From Lingula anatina (Eukaryota; Animalia; Brachiopoda), in NCBI GenBank assembly GCA_051362555.1, contig CM120641.1:7316001-7380000 (forward strand): DNA of 64,000 nucleotides, given 5' to 3'. Positions 1 through 13,300 of this stretch are shown here, in pieces. Every line of letters begins with the position of its first letter. Within the stretch, counting starts at the first letter, position 1. The translations under genes and the position numbers were made by a program. The notes under the pieces were generated by a model. That model made no database searches, was not told the DNA's origin, and saw only the letters and a program-made list of their open reading frames with translations.

Positions 1-445
1 CATGGAACTTCAAAGTTACAACTTGAAAATGCCAGAATGTAAACAAGACAGCACTGTTCTGAAATGTTTTTTTTTTTTCCATTTTTAACACTTTTTTTAA
101 CATAAAACAAAATTAACAGGTTACTGCCATTTTTATACGATCAACTAAGAAAATTGATGAGATGGGAAAAATATCAATACAACAGTGTTAAATGTCCAAT
201 TTCCTCCATTCTGAGATTCTGAACATAGTGAATGATTGAATCTGACAAACTGCAATGATATGAGTTTATTTCCATTTTGGAAACTTTATTACACAATACA
301 CGATAACAAGTTTACCATCATTTTTACATAATCAACTAACAATGTTGTAAAGATGCAGGAAATGTCAAACAAACACTTTTACGTATCTTATTAGTTCATT
401 AATGAGACTGTTAACATGCCTAACAGTTGAATCTGAGGAAATTTG

Positions 446-1000
446 AAAAAACAGCATAACTTCTAAAATAATGGCCCGATTATGCTGATTTTCGAACTCA
501 ACCTGCGTTTTAGTAAGATTGACCACTCTTGTGAGTTAAATGACAATTGGCCTATCTGTTTTTCTTATATTGTGTTTACAGTGTTGTATATATGCTGAAA
601 AATGAAAAAACAGCATAACTACTAAAATAGTGGCCCGATCATGCCGATTTTCGAACTTGACCTGCGTTTTAGTAAGATTGATTACTCCTGTGAGTTTCAT
701 GACAACAGGCCTAATGGTTTTCCTTAAAATGTGTTTACAGGGTTGCATATATGCTGAAAAGTGAAAAAACAGCATAACTTCTACAATAATGGCCCGATCA
801 TGCTGGTTTTCGAACTTGACCTGCGTTTTATGAATATTCATCAGCTCTGTAAATATTAAGCCAAAAAGTAAAACTGCCCTCCACTTATCGTGTTTACAAG
901 GAAAGTGCACGGCGCCGGCATCGGCATCGGCAACGGCGACGGCGACGACAGACGCAGGTGATGGCAATATGTACAGACACATCTGTGTCTGTACATAAAA
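446..1000 (-). mobile_element. Non-autonomous Helitron/Helentron-type (HINE-like) element end carrying ~2.5-3 copies of a 159-bp tandem monomer
   Basis: The CAGCATAACT anchor recurs at 452, 611 and 770 (159-bp period). It is followed by a (CGGCAT/CGGCGA)n microsatellite at ~910-955 and a perfect 13-bp-stem hairpin TATGTACAGACAC-ATCT-GTGTCTGTACATA (968-997). The architecture matches the 2413-6070 element. The left boundary is not resolved. Confidence 0.6.
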
Positions 1001-1656
1001 ATTAAAACTATCACTATATGTGATTAATACCCCTGGATGAGTTGAATGTTTCTTTGTCTGAGGGCATTTTAATAGACACATGTCTAATACTTGTCTTATC
1101 TATACTTCTGTGTGACCAAGAGTATGGTAAAATGGGAATCATCCAAGTTATCCCAAAGCCTCCCAACCTACCATAATATCAAGTAAGATTCAGAGAAAAG
1201 TGAAATCGGAAGGGATGGCAGACTAGCAGATGTGGTGCAGCAATGAATAAATGCTGACACAATTTATTCACTGATATTTTTCTGCTTTTTTTTGTTCATG
1301 ACCTGTCAATTTTCAAACTTATATACAACAGTATAAATTCACCAAGTTTAAGGTGTCACATTTGTGTTGCTTTCTAAAAAGAATTTTATTGCTAAAAAGT
1401 TTATCCCTTGTCACACAGATCCTCAAAAGTTTTGTTAGTCTTGACTTAGGCTGTCATAGATGATTCCCTTTATTTCTTGCTTTGTTAAGATCATATATTT
1501 GTTAATGTGAACTCCATAACCTTCAAAAGTACATCAATGCAAATCAATCATCAATCAATACAGTACAACGTGTTGTACTCCTTTAAAACACTAGTTTCAA
1601 TAACTGACATTGTAAAAAAAAAAGGGTAAAATTTCATTTGCCCTGTAGTGACATAC

Positions 1657-4600
1657 CCTGTGCCAACAGTTCTTCTCCTACTTGCACTTCCTGGATAAAA
1701 AATTTGTTCCTGTCAGCTGGACTCTCTAAATCTGGAATCTGACATAAAAATATGACAGGATTAATATCAAATAATGGCTAATTCTAATAACTGTTCATCA
1801 TAATATTCTATAATTTTTGAAAAAAAGGGTAATGTTGAACATCAAAGCAAAATAGGCATCAGTAAATATAAACCAGATGATGACAGCCATTATAATACGC
1901 ATTCGATTAATGCATTAAAAATTGCATAGTTTTCTTTCTTACTGGTCCTCTGGCCTTCTTTGATGCTTTTTCCTTGTTCTTTTTTCGTCCTGAAATATGA
2001 ATTCCATCGAGTAAAATGGTATTACATATGTTTTAACAATTTGTGATAACTTTATCTATGCATAAAATTTATGTAAACACAATTGTTGGTGTATTCCTTG
2101 TACTTGAGAAATCAAAATGAACTACACGGAACAATCTACAGCAAGAAGGGCCATAATGAAATAAAATGATTTAATGGTATGTTTTGTTTCGAATGCATCA
2201 ATGTTGTAATTAGGTTTTGACCGATGAAACCTTTCTGAACTCGTCCTTAATCATAAATATAAATGTGCATGTCTAGCAAACACTGCTAAACAGAAAAATT
2301 ATGTTATATTCACAATTATAATAGTTTATCTTTTTTATATTTTTCTACAGATATTACTGCCTTGCAGTACATAAGCATATTTCAATACCCTGCCCTTCTT
2401 ACAACATTATGAACTAGAGGATCAGAGAGGCGATACCGCCTCCGAATATTGTACCACCAGCTGGAGCAATCACATTCGTATAGACCCCCACATACACAAA
2501 ATAAGGGTCACAGCCACCAGTCTTCTGCTTGACAAGCTGTAAAAATGCAATCAACAAGAATTTTCAAAATATGCAAAAAATATATATGCCTAAAAATGGT
2601 ACAATCAAAGTTAAGTTCATCGTAAGGTAGGTCAAAATGCAATTTCAAGGTCACAGTAAATTGCCAGTATATGACTTCCTATTCAACTTCAATAGTAACT
2701 ATGGACCTATCTCTGCCAGTTTTGGAGATAAAAGGGAACCAAAATTTGCAAAGTTCAGTTCATGGTGAAAAGTAGGTCAAAGGTTAATTTCAAGGTCACA
2801 TTTAGATTGCAAGTATATGACTTCATATTCAAGTTCAATAGAAACTATGGACCTATCTCTGCCAGTTTTCGAGATAAAAGGGAAGCAAAATTTGCAAAGT
2901 TCAGTTCATGGTGAAAAGTAGGTCAAAGGTCAATTTCAAGGTCACATTTAGATTGCCAATATATGACTTCCTATTCAAGTTCAATAGTAACTATGGACCT
3001 ATCTCTGCCAGTTTTGGAGATAAAAGGGAAGCAAAATTTGCAAAATTCAGTTCATCGTGAAAAGTAGGTCAAAGGTCAATTTCAAGGTCACAGTAAGATT
3101 GCCAGTATATGACTTCCTATTCAACTTCAATAATAACTATGGACCTATCTCTGCCAGTTTTGGAGATAAAAGGGAAGCAAAATTTGCAAAGTTCAGTTCA
3201 TGGTGAAAAGAAGGTCAAAGGTCAATTTCAAGGTCACATTTAGATTGCCAGTATATGACTTCCTATTCATGTTCAATAGCAACTATGGACCGATCTCTGC
3301 CAGTTTTGGAGATATAAGGGACTTAATGTTATAATTTTGGAGTTACCATAATGTGCCATAAATTTCCTACAGAAGAAATTAATTAAAATAAAGAAAAGGT
3401 CATTTTGGTCAAAATTCTTGAAATGGGAGGTGCTCCGAAGTTCCAGATGTTCAAATATGATGAAATAATGTCATTTTTGACCACAACTTGTCTGCTTTGC
3501 CAAGCCTTATGTTTTATTTTTCCGGAGTTCAAAATTTATTATACATTACCGTACTGCACATTTTGCTTTCACCACCAATATGTACTTTTTGATACAGCGT
3601 AACTTTGGAGACAAAAGGGAACCAAAATTTGCAAAGTTCAGTTCATCGTGAAAAGTAGGTCAAAGGTCAATTTCAAGGTCACAGTAAGATTGCCAGTATA
3701 TGACTTCCTATTCAACTTCAATAATAACTATGGACCTATCTCTGCCAGTTTTGGAGATAAAAGGGAAGCAAAATTTGCAAAGTTCAGTTCATGGTGAAAA
3801 GAAGGTCAAAGGTCAATTTCAAGGTCACATTTAGATTGCCAGTATATGACTTCCTATTCATGTTCAATAGCAACTATGGACCGATCTCTGCCAGTTTTGG
3901 AGATATAAGGGACTTAATGTTATAATTTTGGAGTTACCATAATGTGCCATAAATTTCCTACAGAAGAAATTAATTAAAATAAAGAAAAGGTCATTTTGGT
4001 CAAAATTCTTGAAATGGGAGGTGCTCCGAAGTTCCAGATGTTCAAATATGATGAAATAATGTCATTTTTGACCACAACTTGTCTGCTTTGCCAAGCCTTA
4101 TGTTTTATTTTTCCGGAGTTCAAAATTTATTATACATTACCGTACTGCACATTTTGCTTTCACCACCAATATGTACTTTTTGATACAGCGTAACTTTGGA
4201 GATAAAAGTCAAGCAAAATTTGCAAAGTTCAGTTCATGGTGAAAAGTAGGTCAAAGGTCAATTTCAAGGTCACATTTAGATTGCCAGTATATGACTTCCT
4301 ATTCAAGTCCAATAGTAACTATGGACCTATCTCTGCCAGTTTTGGAGATAAAAGGGGAGCAAAATTTGCAAAGTTCAGTTCAAGGTGAAAAGTAGGTCAA
4401 AGGTCAATTTCAAGGTCACATTAAGATTGCCAGTATATGACTTCCTATTCATCTACAATAGTAACTATGGACCTATCTCTGCCAGTTTTGGAGATAAAAG
4501 GGAACCAAAATGTGCAAAGTTCAGTTCATGGTGAAAAGTAGGTCAAAGGTCAATTTCAAGGTCACATATAGATTGCCAGTATATGACTTCCTATTCAACT

Positions 4601-6497
4601 TCAATAGTAACTATGGACCTATCTCTGCCAGTTTTGGAGATAAAAGGGAACCAAAATTAAGTTCATCGTAAGGTAGGTCAAAATGCAATTTCAAGGTCAC
4701 AGTAAATTGCCAGTATATGACTTCCTATTCAACTTCAATAGTAACTATGGACCTATCTCTGCCAGTTTTGGAGATAAAAGGGAAGCAAAATTTGCAAAGT
4801 TCAGTTCATGGTGAAAAGTAGGTCAAAGGTCAATTTTAAGGTCACATTTAGATTGCCAGCATATGACTTCCTATTCAACTTCAATAGTAACTATGGACCT
4901 ATCTCTGCCAGTTTTGGAGATAAAAGGGAAGCAAAATTTGCAAAGTTCAGTTCACGGTGAAAAGTAGGTCAAAGGTCAATTTTAAGGTCACATTCAGATT
5001 GCCAGTATATGACTTCCTATTCAACTTCAATAGTAACTATGGACCTATCTCTGCCAGTTTTGGAGATATAAGGGACTAAATGTTATAATTTTGGAGTTAC
5101 CATAATGTGCCATAAATTTCCTACAGGAAAAATTAATTAAAATAAAGAAAAGGTCATTTTGGTCAAAATTCTTGAAATGGGAGGTGCTCTGAAGTTCCAG
5201 ATGTTCACATTTGATGAAATAATGTCATTTTTGACCACAAGTTGTCTGCTTTGCCAAGCCTTATGTTTTATTTTTACGGAGTTCAAAATTTATTATCCAT
5301 TACCGTACTGCACATTTTGCTTTCACCACCAATATGTACTTTTTGATACAACGTAACTCGAAAACCGTATGGAATACAAAAAAACCGAGACCACCACCAG
5401 TGTTGGGCTTTACATGCTCTACAAAATGCAAAAAAGAATGGGTCTCTAGCATTAACGGTTCCCGAATTAGAGACAGTTTTCAGTTTTGGTATCTTATGGC
5501 CGCTACTCTCGTGAAAATGCACCGATTGACCCCAAATTCACGGATATGAAAGATGACCTGAAGGGTAACACTTTCCAATAATATTATTGGTTAAGTCTGT
5601 GTGGTGTCTGAATAACAGGGCAAATAATTTTTTTTTCGTAAAAAAATTCATTTTTTTGAAAATTTTGGCCCGTTTGACATTGAAATAAAGGTCAAAGGTC
5701 AAATCCAAGGGCATATTTGAAATCTACACATATGACTTTTGGAAAGCCGTCTGTAGAAATTTTTCCCATAATTCCTTCCGTAGGGTAGATAATTAGCATT
5801 TAATTTTGCCATTTTTAGACAAGGGTGCATTGCAATGAGTGCCACACCTAGACCCCAAAACCGACAAAGCCCAAATTTTACGTGGAACGAGTTGAGATTA
5901 TAGGTGACCTAAATCCAAGAGATGGGTACGGGGGCTCTTACCGTCTAGGAGGAGAAGCGGTAACGGTAGCCGTCCGGCGGAGCCGGCGGAGCCGCAGGAG
6001 CCGGCGGAACGATCCGGACGGGACTAAAACCATGTGTACCGCCAGCGCTAACGCTGGTGGTACAATTAATGGTAGGTCTTATCTGGGATTTTTGGGCCAA
6101 ATTGAAATTTCCCCAAGAAAAAACCAATTTTCTTCACAAATCATTACTTGACCTGCCCAAATACTTGGATCGATGTTTTATATCATTTTTTCTCAAATTT
6201 ATTTCTAAATGCCTTTACAGACGTTAAGACTCCCATGTCTTCCAGTAAATTTCAGAAGTAAATATTGACATCAAGAACTTTTATTTGAGGAGGCATTATC
6301 TCTTATAAGGTTTGAATTGGGAGAGATAAGGATTCCAAAGAATTCCTTTGAAGATGCATTTGAAGCCAAAATTTTGTCACAAAACCCAACCAAATGTCTT
6401 TATATGGTATCAAAAAGTGTAACTTAGATAAATACCAAAGTAGATCTTAATAATTTCATCTTTCCTAAAAAATATTTCACTGGATATATCCCTCAGC

Positions 6498-6539
<42 letters not shown>

Positions 6540-7185
6540 AAAAAGTATGCAATTGCGACCGCAATATTCATACATTGAACAAGGGAAAGAGAGTTATGAT
6601 TATGCAATGCTCATGCAGTAATACATCATTTATGGGACTAAATAGGTCAATTTTGGACCCAAATTTTTGAAAAAAGAGCAGGTTTAAATCTTTTTCTGAC
6701 TGAACGAGTCATAACTTGGCATGTCAACTTTATTTAAGTTGAATAAGAAACTAGCAGAAGTAGTTTAAATGCGTTACTGGGAACCCACGCTCGCTTTGTA
6801 CGTAACTTTAACTTATGTAATTTGATGATAACGAGAAAATAAATTTTACAGTATAGAAATAGAACTAGTATCAGGACTTAATGCTCAAAAATAAGAGAAA
6901 CAACTCGTTTGAATAAATTGTTTCCAGTCTTCCTTAAACTGCATATTAACTTTTATGCTCAGATAAAAATGAATGACAGCCAGTATACAGTGGAGAGTAG
7001 AATGTGAACGGAGAACTAGACATTGACATGTAGTACTACCAGTAAAGTCGTAATCACTTACTTTCCCTTAGCTTCTGCTTAAAGAGGGGGTCATTTCTGC
7101 GCTTTTGGTCAAAGTAAATACAATATCCAATGAAAGCTAGGCCTGCGCTAGCTGCCAGCCCATATACAGCTGATTTGGCTAACAT
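1657..7185 (-). CDS. TOMM20: Mitochondrial import receptor subunit TOM20 (partial; first three coding exons, remainder left of window)
   Basis: Exons 7185-7062, 1989-1943 and 1738-1657 have GT-AG ends and consistent phases. They translate to MLAKSAVYGLAASAGLAFIGYCIYFDQKRRNDPLFKQKLRE-RRKKNKEKASKKARGP-IPDLESPADRNKFFIQEVQVGEELLAQG. The signal anchor, GYCIYFDxKRRxDP and FFxQEVQxGEELLAQG are TOM20 hallmarks. Confidence 0.96.
2413..6070 (-). mobile_element. Non-autonomous Helitron/Helentron-type (HINE/DINE-like) element with internal satellite array, in TOMM20 intron 1
   Basis: The minus-strand 3' end has CTAG (2414-2417) next to the hairpin GAGGCG-ATAC-CGCCTC (2427-2442). Subterminal inverted repeats are ATTGTACCACCAGC (2448-2461) and GCTGGTGGTACAAT (6053-6066). 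The other end has the hairpin TGTACCGCCAGCG-CTAA-CGCTGGTGGTACA (6035-6064) preceded by (CCGGCGGAG)n repeats. No coding capacity. Confidence 0.75.
2610..5360. repeat. Tandem array of 146-bp monomers interrupted by three copies of a ~295-bp block
   Basis: The monomer AAGTTCAGTTCATGGTGAAAAGTAGGTCAAAGGTCAATTTCAAGGTCAC...TATGACTTCCTATTC...GGACCTATCTCTGCCAGTTTTGGAGATAAAAGGG has anchors at 2748, 2894, 3040 and 3186. Block copies lie at ~3316-3605, ~3907-4196 and ~5070-5358 and are the source of the three near-identical 65-aa ORFs. Confidence 0.95.
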
Positions 7186-7198
7186 TTTTGTGACAACA

Positions 7199-7240
7199 CA
7201 CGTGCCAAAATCTACCAGCTTAACGCTAACACCGGAAGTG
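7199..7240. promoter_or_regulatory. Candidate TOMM20 proximal promoter/leader motifs: E-box CACGTG and ETS/GABP site ACCGGAAGTG
   Basis: CACGTG (7199-7204) and ACCGGAAGTG (7231-7240) lie 14-55 bp upstream of the TOMM20 ATG. Motif match only. Confidence 0.4.
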
Positions 7241-8138
7241 CAATCTTGCCAAGATTTTAACAGTAAACTAGTGTTACTCGAGACACAATATCTACAATTT
7301 TGGAATGGAAAAATGGAAGAATTTACCTTGTGCGTGTTTTTTATTCATATTCTCCTTTAATATATTCCCCTTCTTTAACTTGAAATATGTTAATGGTATA
7401 TAATTTTCCATTTCAAGAATATCAAAATCGCAATTTTCGCAAAGCCCAAGACAAGGCTAATGCAAAGCTGCTCAATGGGCGCTCTTCCGCTGCACGGCCT
7501 CAATGTTGCTTACGATAAAATTAATAAATCTTAAATCAACAAAGCTAGAATTTTCAACAAGACTGAAAATAAAATAAAATAGAATAAAATAGACTAACAT
7601 ATTTGGCGAATTACAATTTATGAAACTCTTCCGGCAAATATGGTTTTCAGCAAGCGATTCCTTTCAGAAAGCAGGCAATAAATGAATATTATAATTAGGC
7701 CTATTAGATTTTTAACACAAATTGAAAAATTAATAAAGAGAATATCTGTTATAAGAATTTAATCTCAGAATAAATTATGAATTATCAAATTGTATCTGAA
7801 AAAATCTCAGGAAAAGACGACTACACTAGTAGGGCGTAAACAAGAGGCCTATAGGGCCTATAATTATAAAGCGCGTGGTAAATATTCTGATATAAGTCAG
7901 TGTTGTTCACTTCCAGGGTAACTTTTGGCATTTACTTTCGTTTGCCATTCATTAAGTCACGGGGGTATGCTCGAACGTACGGACACAAGTTTGAAATTCA
8001 AAATGCGGTCCATATATTCACTTAAAAAGATAACAACTGTTCGTTTTAGCCCCCCCTCCCCCCGCCAAATGGGTAAACGATGGTTTTTCCATACTTACCA
8101 ATGGTTAATGAATCCATTCCTACGTTCAAAGTATGTCC

Positions 8139-8141
<3 letters not shown>

Positions 8142-8182
<41 letters not shown>

Positions 8183-8184
8183 TT
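8142..8184. repeat. (ATTT)n microsatellite
   Basis: Read directly from the sequence. Confidence 0.9.
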
Positions 8185-10354
8185 TTATTTTATTTTGGTC
8201 TTATCTCTTAAGAGATTATAACGTATACTATACATGTAGGTATAGCCATCTAAATGTGTGAAGGTTCACGTGATCAGATGACAAGAACAAATTTTATTAC
8301 AATTGCGATAACGCTGTTTTGGTGGTAAAACAGAATTCATTATATTTCTATGGGTTCTATAAAATGTATTTATTCTGAAATAAAAAACTCATTCGAAAAG
8401 ATGTTATCCCTTCGTGCAGGCAAATAAAAGCTGGATAGTATTTTAATACTATCCAGCTTTATCTTATACAAAGTAGATAACAGAACTATAGTATATGGTG
8501 TGATCATGAGTATATTCCTTTTTGCGCGACATTTTGCTGAAACATCGCGTTTTGGTTTTGTGATGTAAAGAAACAGGCCAAGATAACCATTTATTTTCAT
8601 TACACTGTTTTATTAACACAAGTTTTATTGTGATTGCATGTAATGATTTTATGACTAACAAATCTAGTGTGCCACTGAAGAAAGGTTCAGTAACTGACCA
8701 AAGTGCGGGGCCAAAATGTTGCCACAAGTTTTCAAACATTATGAGGCATAAAAAACTTTTGCCATTTTTTCATAATACAAGCTCTTTTAATGCCTGTTAC
8801 GTAAAAATTGATGTAGATCTAAATCTCATCCTAGCTGCTTGTTGGTTCGGCAGTGAAAGAAAAAATATGTGTTGATTATTTTTATATTGCGTTCATAGTG
8901 TTCAAACTGCATTTATGAATTCTAAGGGAAGAATCCATCAGTGCGGCTCGAAACGGCAATGGGCCGGTGATGAATGATACAACATGTATGTTCGGGCCAT
9001 GCAAACCAGAAAGCTCATAATTTGTTTTTGAAGGAATGAAAAAAGAGAAATTGATATGGGCATTTAAAAAAATGTGAAAATCAGATAGGATGTCATAGTT
9101 TCGGTGTATTTAAGAACTTGTGAAATAAAGCCAGCTTCGTGCTTGATATCTTAATAATTTACGTTATATACTACAGCCTATAGTGAAAAAGTAAAATTAT
9201 TGGACAATTGAGATCCTGCACATAGAGGCATGTATAACGGCCAAACACGATGAATTGATTTCGAACAGAAAATATAAAGAAAAAAGTGATACAAAGAACG
9301 CGCTCTGATACAGTTTTGAATGAATAGAAACGGCAAATTGAACATGGGACATCAACAGAAAAGTGACCAAAAATCGTCATAATAGAAAATAATTTGCCTT
9401 CTTGATTTCTTTTTTCTTTCTTTGTTTTCTTTTTATGTATTTTTGTTATTTAATTTCCCTCTCTCTCTTTAAAAATAAAAGTTACACCCCTGGAATAGAG
9501 GAGCCATAAAGGTAGCTTAGGCAAACCGGCAATGTACTTGAGTTTATGCTCATGTTGGGTGCAGGTGCCTCCCCCCTCCCCTCCTCACAACGCCGCCCTT
9601 TTGCAGGGATTCCAAGCGCGTGGATTTTTTTTTAATTCGGGCTACCTAAACATATGTTGCTGCCTCACCCTAAGATATCGTGTTCATCATTTTAGTATTG
9701 ACACTGTATAAAACAGATGGGTGCGTACAGGCCATTCAGGGTACATGTACATGTACATGTGGCCTAATAAGTAAACAAACCTTTTGAAACCCTTGACAAC
9801 AAAATAAAAACCACATAAGAAATAAAAGAACATCTTAAAAAGAAAAGTTATTGTTGGCTTAATATCAACAAGAAAGAAAATGAGATATTTTGTTGTTTGA
9901 TAAGCAGAAACTCAACGAAATAGCGTTTTATTTCTTAACGTCTTTGAACACGTTCCAAAATATGGGTCAACATGGCAAATCTCGTACTTAGCAGTACTTT
10001 GACGAGATAGGGCGAGATTTGAGAGAAACTGCTCTGGCAACACGAGTTTTTTAGAAGAGTACACTAAAATTTGACCGAATTTTCTGACAGGATTTTCATA
10101 TTAATAAATGGTGGAGTAGTTGGAACGTTAATCGATCATTAAGGAATGACTTAAAGCATAATCGGATGCTGTTGTACCCTGGAGAGGAGTCTACGGGGAT
10201 ACCTAATTCCACCGGACAGTTGCCACGGGAAATTTCATGGCCGACCAAATACATGGGATGGTGTGAAAATTGTATAGTAATAAGTCAGGGATTTGTATTT
10301 TAAGTCATAAAATTATATACCAATTTGTTTATTTGCAACCTAATAACAAGCACA

Positions 10355-13300
10355 ATGTCGGCAAAAATTGTTGACAGGATCGACCCCTTTACAAATAAGG
10401 CATCTATCAAGAGAAAACAAAAAAGATCTCAGGGGTCTTCTCACTACAGGACGAAAGATCACTCGGAACTGACGGCTTTACCTCAGCTAAAAGGTATGCA
10501 CGTTCTTCATTATACATAATGTAGAAAACAAGCATAGATTAATGCGAATTTTTTTTACTTAGTGGTAAAGTTAACCCTCTAAAATATTTATGAATTTGAC
10601 CTTCACCTTAATGAGTGATGAAGGCGTTTTGCCGTAGTTTCTTAATTTGAATGCTTTAAGACAAGGTCACGTCTATTTTCTGCTATTTTGAAATGAAAGA
10701 AGTTATGTTCTTGAACATTTTTATACACTAGACGTGTTGTTTTGGTTTATTGTTTATCTTACCAGTTACAGATTTTATGAGAGTTGTTGAAACAAAATTA
10801 CCCCCTGAAAATGAAATGTTTATTTACATGTGTATATTTGCATCTGAATTGTCAATTTTATCAACTCCTGTGTTATTTGTATGTTAGTTTGTTGTGTTAT
10901 GCTCAGAAATGATAGATTTGACAAACATTGATTTGAAGAATTGAACTTTATAAGACCTAACACTGCATCTTTGGGTTGTATTTTACAGTAAAATGTAATG
11001 GATAACATTTTATAACTGGTTTTCTTTGTCAGACCTTATTCTATGTTTTAAAAGTTAGAGAACATATAATTAATTCTTGTTCATACATATATATTCTTTA
11101 CTATTCATACTAATGATACTTAAGGATCATTTCAGAAATGGGAGAAATATATGGTTTATATACTTTGCCATGAATCTACAGGAATGATAATCAGAGATAT
11201 GTCATATTTGAAATTCAGTATGGAAATTGGGTATATTTGTAAAGCCCTATATATAAATCCTCCTTTTTCCAATGAAATTAAGTCCTTAGATTTAATACTG
11301 TTCCACTTTTTTGTTTTAAACTTTATTTATTTTCTGTATTGATGTGCACTTTTTTGCTTCAGGCCATGAAATGAAATTGACCTTACACAGGTAATAAGTA
11401 TCAAAGCAAAGATACAGATATTTTGTATGTTAGGTATAAAATCACAGGAAACCATAATTTATACTTGATTGTAGGTTAGCATCCAAAAGAGCAGCTGTAC
11501 TATTTATGGTATGATGGAAAGCTCTGACTTGCCGGCTTTTTTGGCACATGCTCATCCACCTTGAGATGTTGCACTCAGTCAGATGTTGTTTAATATTAGC
11601 TCCTGACAGCATCTGGTGAAAATGTAGACTCATCCCAAAAACATGAAATTCTATCCTTGAAAGTCACCAGGGTTTACTCAGTGTTGCTTAATATTTTTTG
11701 TGCTAGGAATGATGAAGACATGAACTTCAGTTTTTTTCTAAATATTTGTAAACTGTTAATGAAAATGAAAGTTGTGTATGCAGTGGTATGTTTACCAGGG
11801 AAAAAATTATGTAAAATAACCAGAGTGCAAGCTCCAAGCACATAGCCAGGGCTAGGCATTTTCGTCTAAATGTTACAACAAAATGTTGGTTGTTCCTCGG
11901 AGGCAAAGCAGAGGTTCTGCTCATGAAGCTAGGATACTTGTAGGTGGGTAGCCAACTGCATTGTTTCTGGTTGATCAACACAGATGGGATGCACAGTTTT
12001 GATAACAGCTCTACTTGCATATCTCTGCAGATGTGAAATTGACAGACAGGTTTGTGATTTGATGTTGATAGTGATTCGCACACGCTCTGTGCCATTAGAT
12101 ATTCATGTGGTGATAATACATATTACTATTAATTCCAGACAGAGTTTGTGAGATGTATCAGTCAATAAAAATTGCCATATCAATAAATAGGGGCTTGTCG
12201 TGGTTGAAGTCACTGACATTAATTGAAGCTAAATGTGTGTTTTGATTGCATGTGATAAAATTATCTTCCATTTTTGTCAAATTCATTGAAATTATAACCA
12301 AGAAACCTAGTTTTCCTGCAAGTTGACATTCATGAGATTAAGACGCTTTGATATATTGTCATGAAATCTTGTACAAAATCCATGCAGTTGTGTTTTTCAT
12401 TATTGTTATTATCAGATGGTTACCAATACTGAAATTTAAAATCAGTGAAGTGTTTTTTCTTGTTTATATATGTTTATTTATGTACATCACCACAAATATC
12501 ATAGTTTCTAAAATATGACACAGATAAAAGCATATCACTGTTCTGTTATGATTTGGACTGAATCCGATAAGACTCGCCTTACATTTGGATGATTATATTA
12601 TTCAAAACCAATAATAGATAAATAGTAAAGGTCTGATTTATCCTTTGATACCACTCTTTGAATAAACAATGTTTTATTATCATGATATTGTTGACCAAAG
12701 TTATCAAAACTTGTTATTAGACCAAAGAAAACTTTCCATCATGTGTCACATATTTAGCCTAGGAGAGAAAAAGTGTTCAGTCATATTGTTTGCATCTCTT
12801 CTGTATTCTTCACCAAAAAAAGTCGTATGTGTCCTGTACTGTGTCTACATATATTTAATATTTTGTACTGTTTTCTAAGTAGTGGACTCTTAAGACATGA
12901 AATTTTGTACAGAGTTTTAAATTAAAAGAAAGAGTTCTTTATGTGACTGATCCTTCAGAAAAAAATAACTTCGGATCAAATAGTGTTTATGTTGTGTATG
13001 CGTGTGAGACATCCTTAATTCAGAAATGGCACTCTACAGGAAGAACCTTGATCTGATTTTTGTGGTACTGGTTTCATTTCATTGAAAGTGCATGTGTCAC
13101 AGCTGGGTAGCTGTTGTTCAATATAGTGTCACAATGTCAATACTTGGCCTTTGTTATGGCTTGTGTGGCAAGTGTATCAGTTTTGTGTCAGTGCCTCTGC
13201 TTGTGTATATATGCATTGTGTGAATGCTTATTATGCAAGGATTTGGTCATGAAAAGCTTCATCAGTGCTTTGCTCCTGTATTTAATTCATTTTCAAATGC

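Noticed and set aside
536-1081. 181-aa minus-strand ORF with internal repeats
   Set aside because: It is a translation of the 159-bp (multiple of 3) tandem monomer and the microsatellite, with no protein-family signal.
2610-5070. Regular repeats suggestive of a CRISPR array
   Set aside because: The monomers are contiguous 146-bp units with no unique spacers, the context is a eukaryotic intron, and there are no cas genes.
3405-5356. Three near-identical 65-aa ORFs (3405, 3996, 5159) resembling a peptide gene cluster
   Set aside because: They start at TTG, have no splice or promoter context, and are by-products of the repeated ~295-bp block inside the satellite-bearing element.
7838-7862. AAACAAGAGGCCTATAGGGCCT, resembling a Helentron-type terminus
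   Set aside because: An isolated short motif with no internal array or opposite end found.
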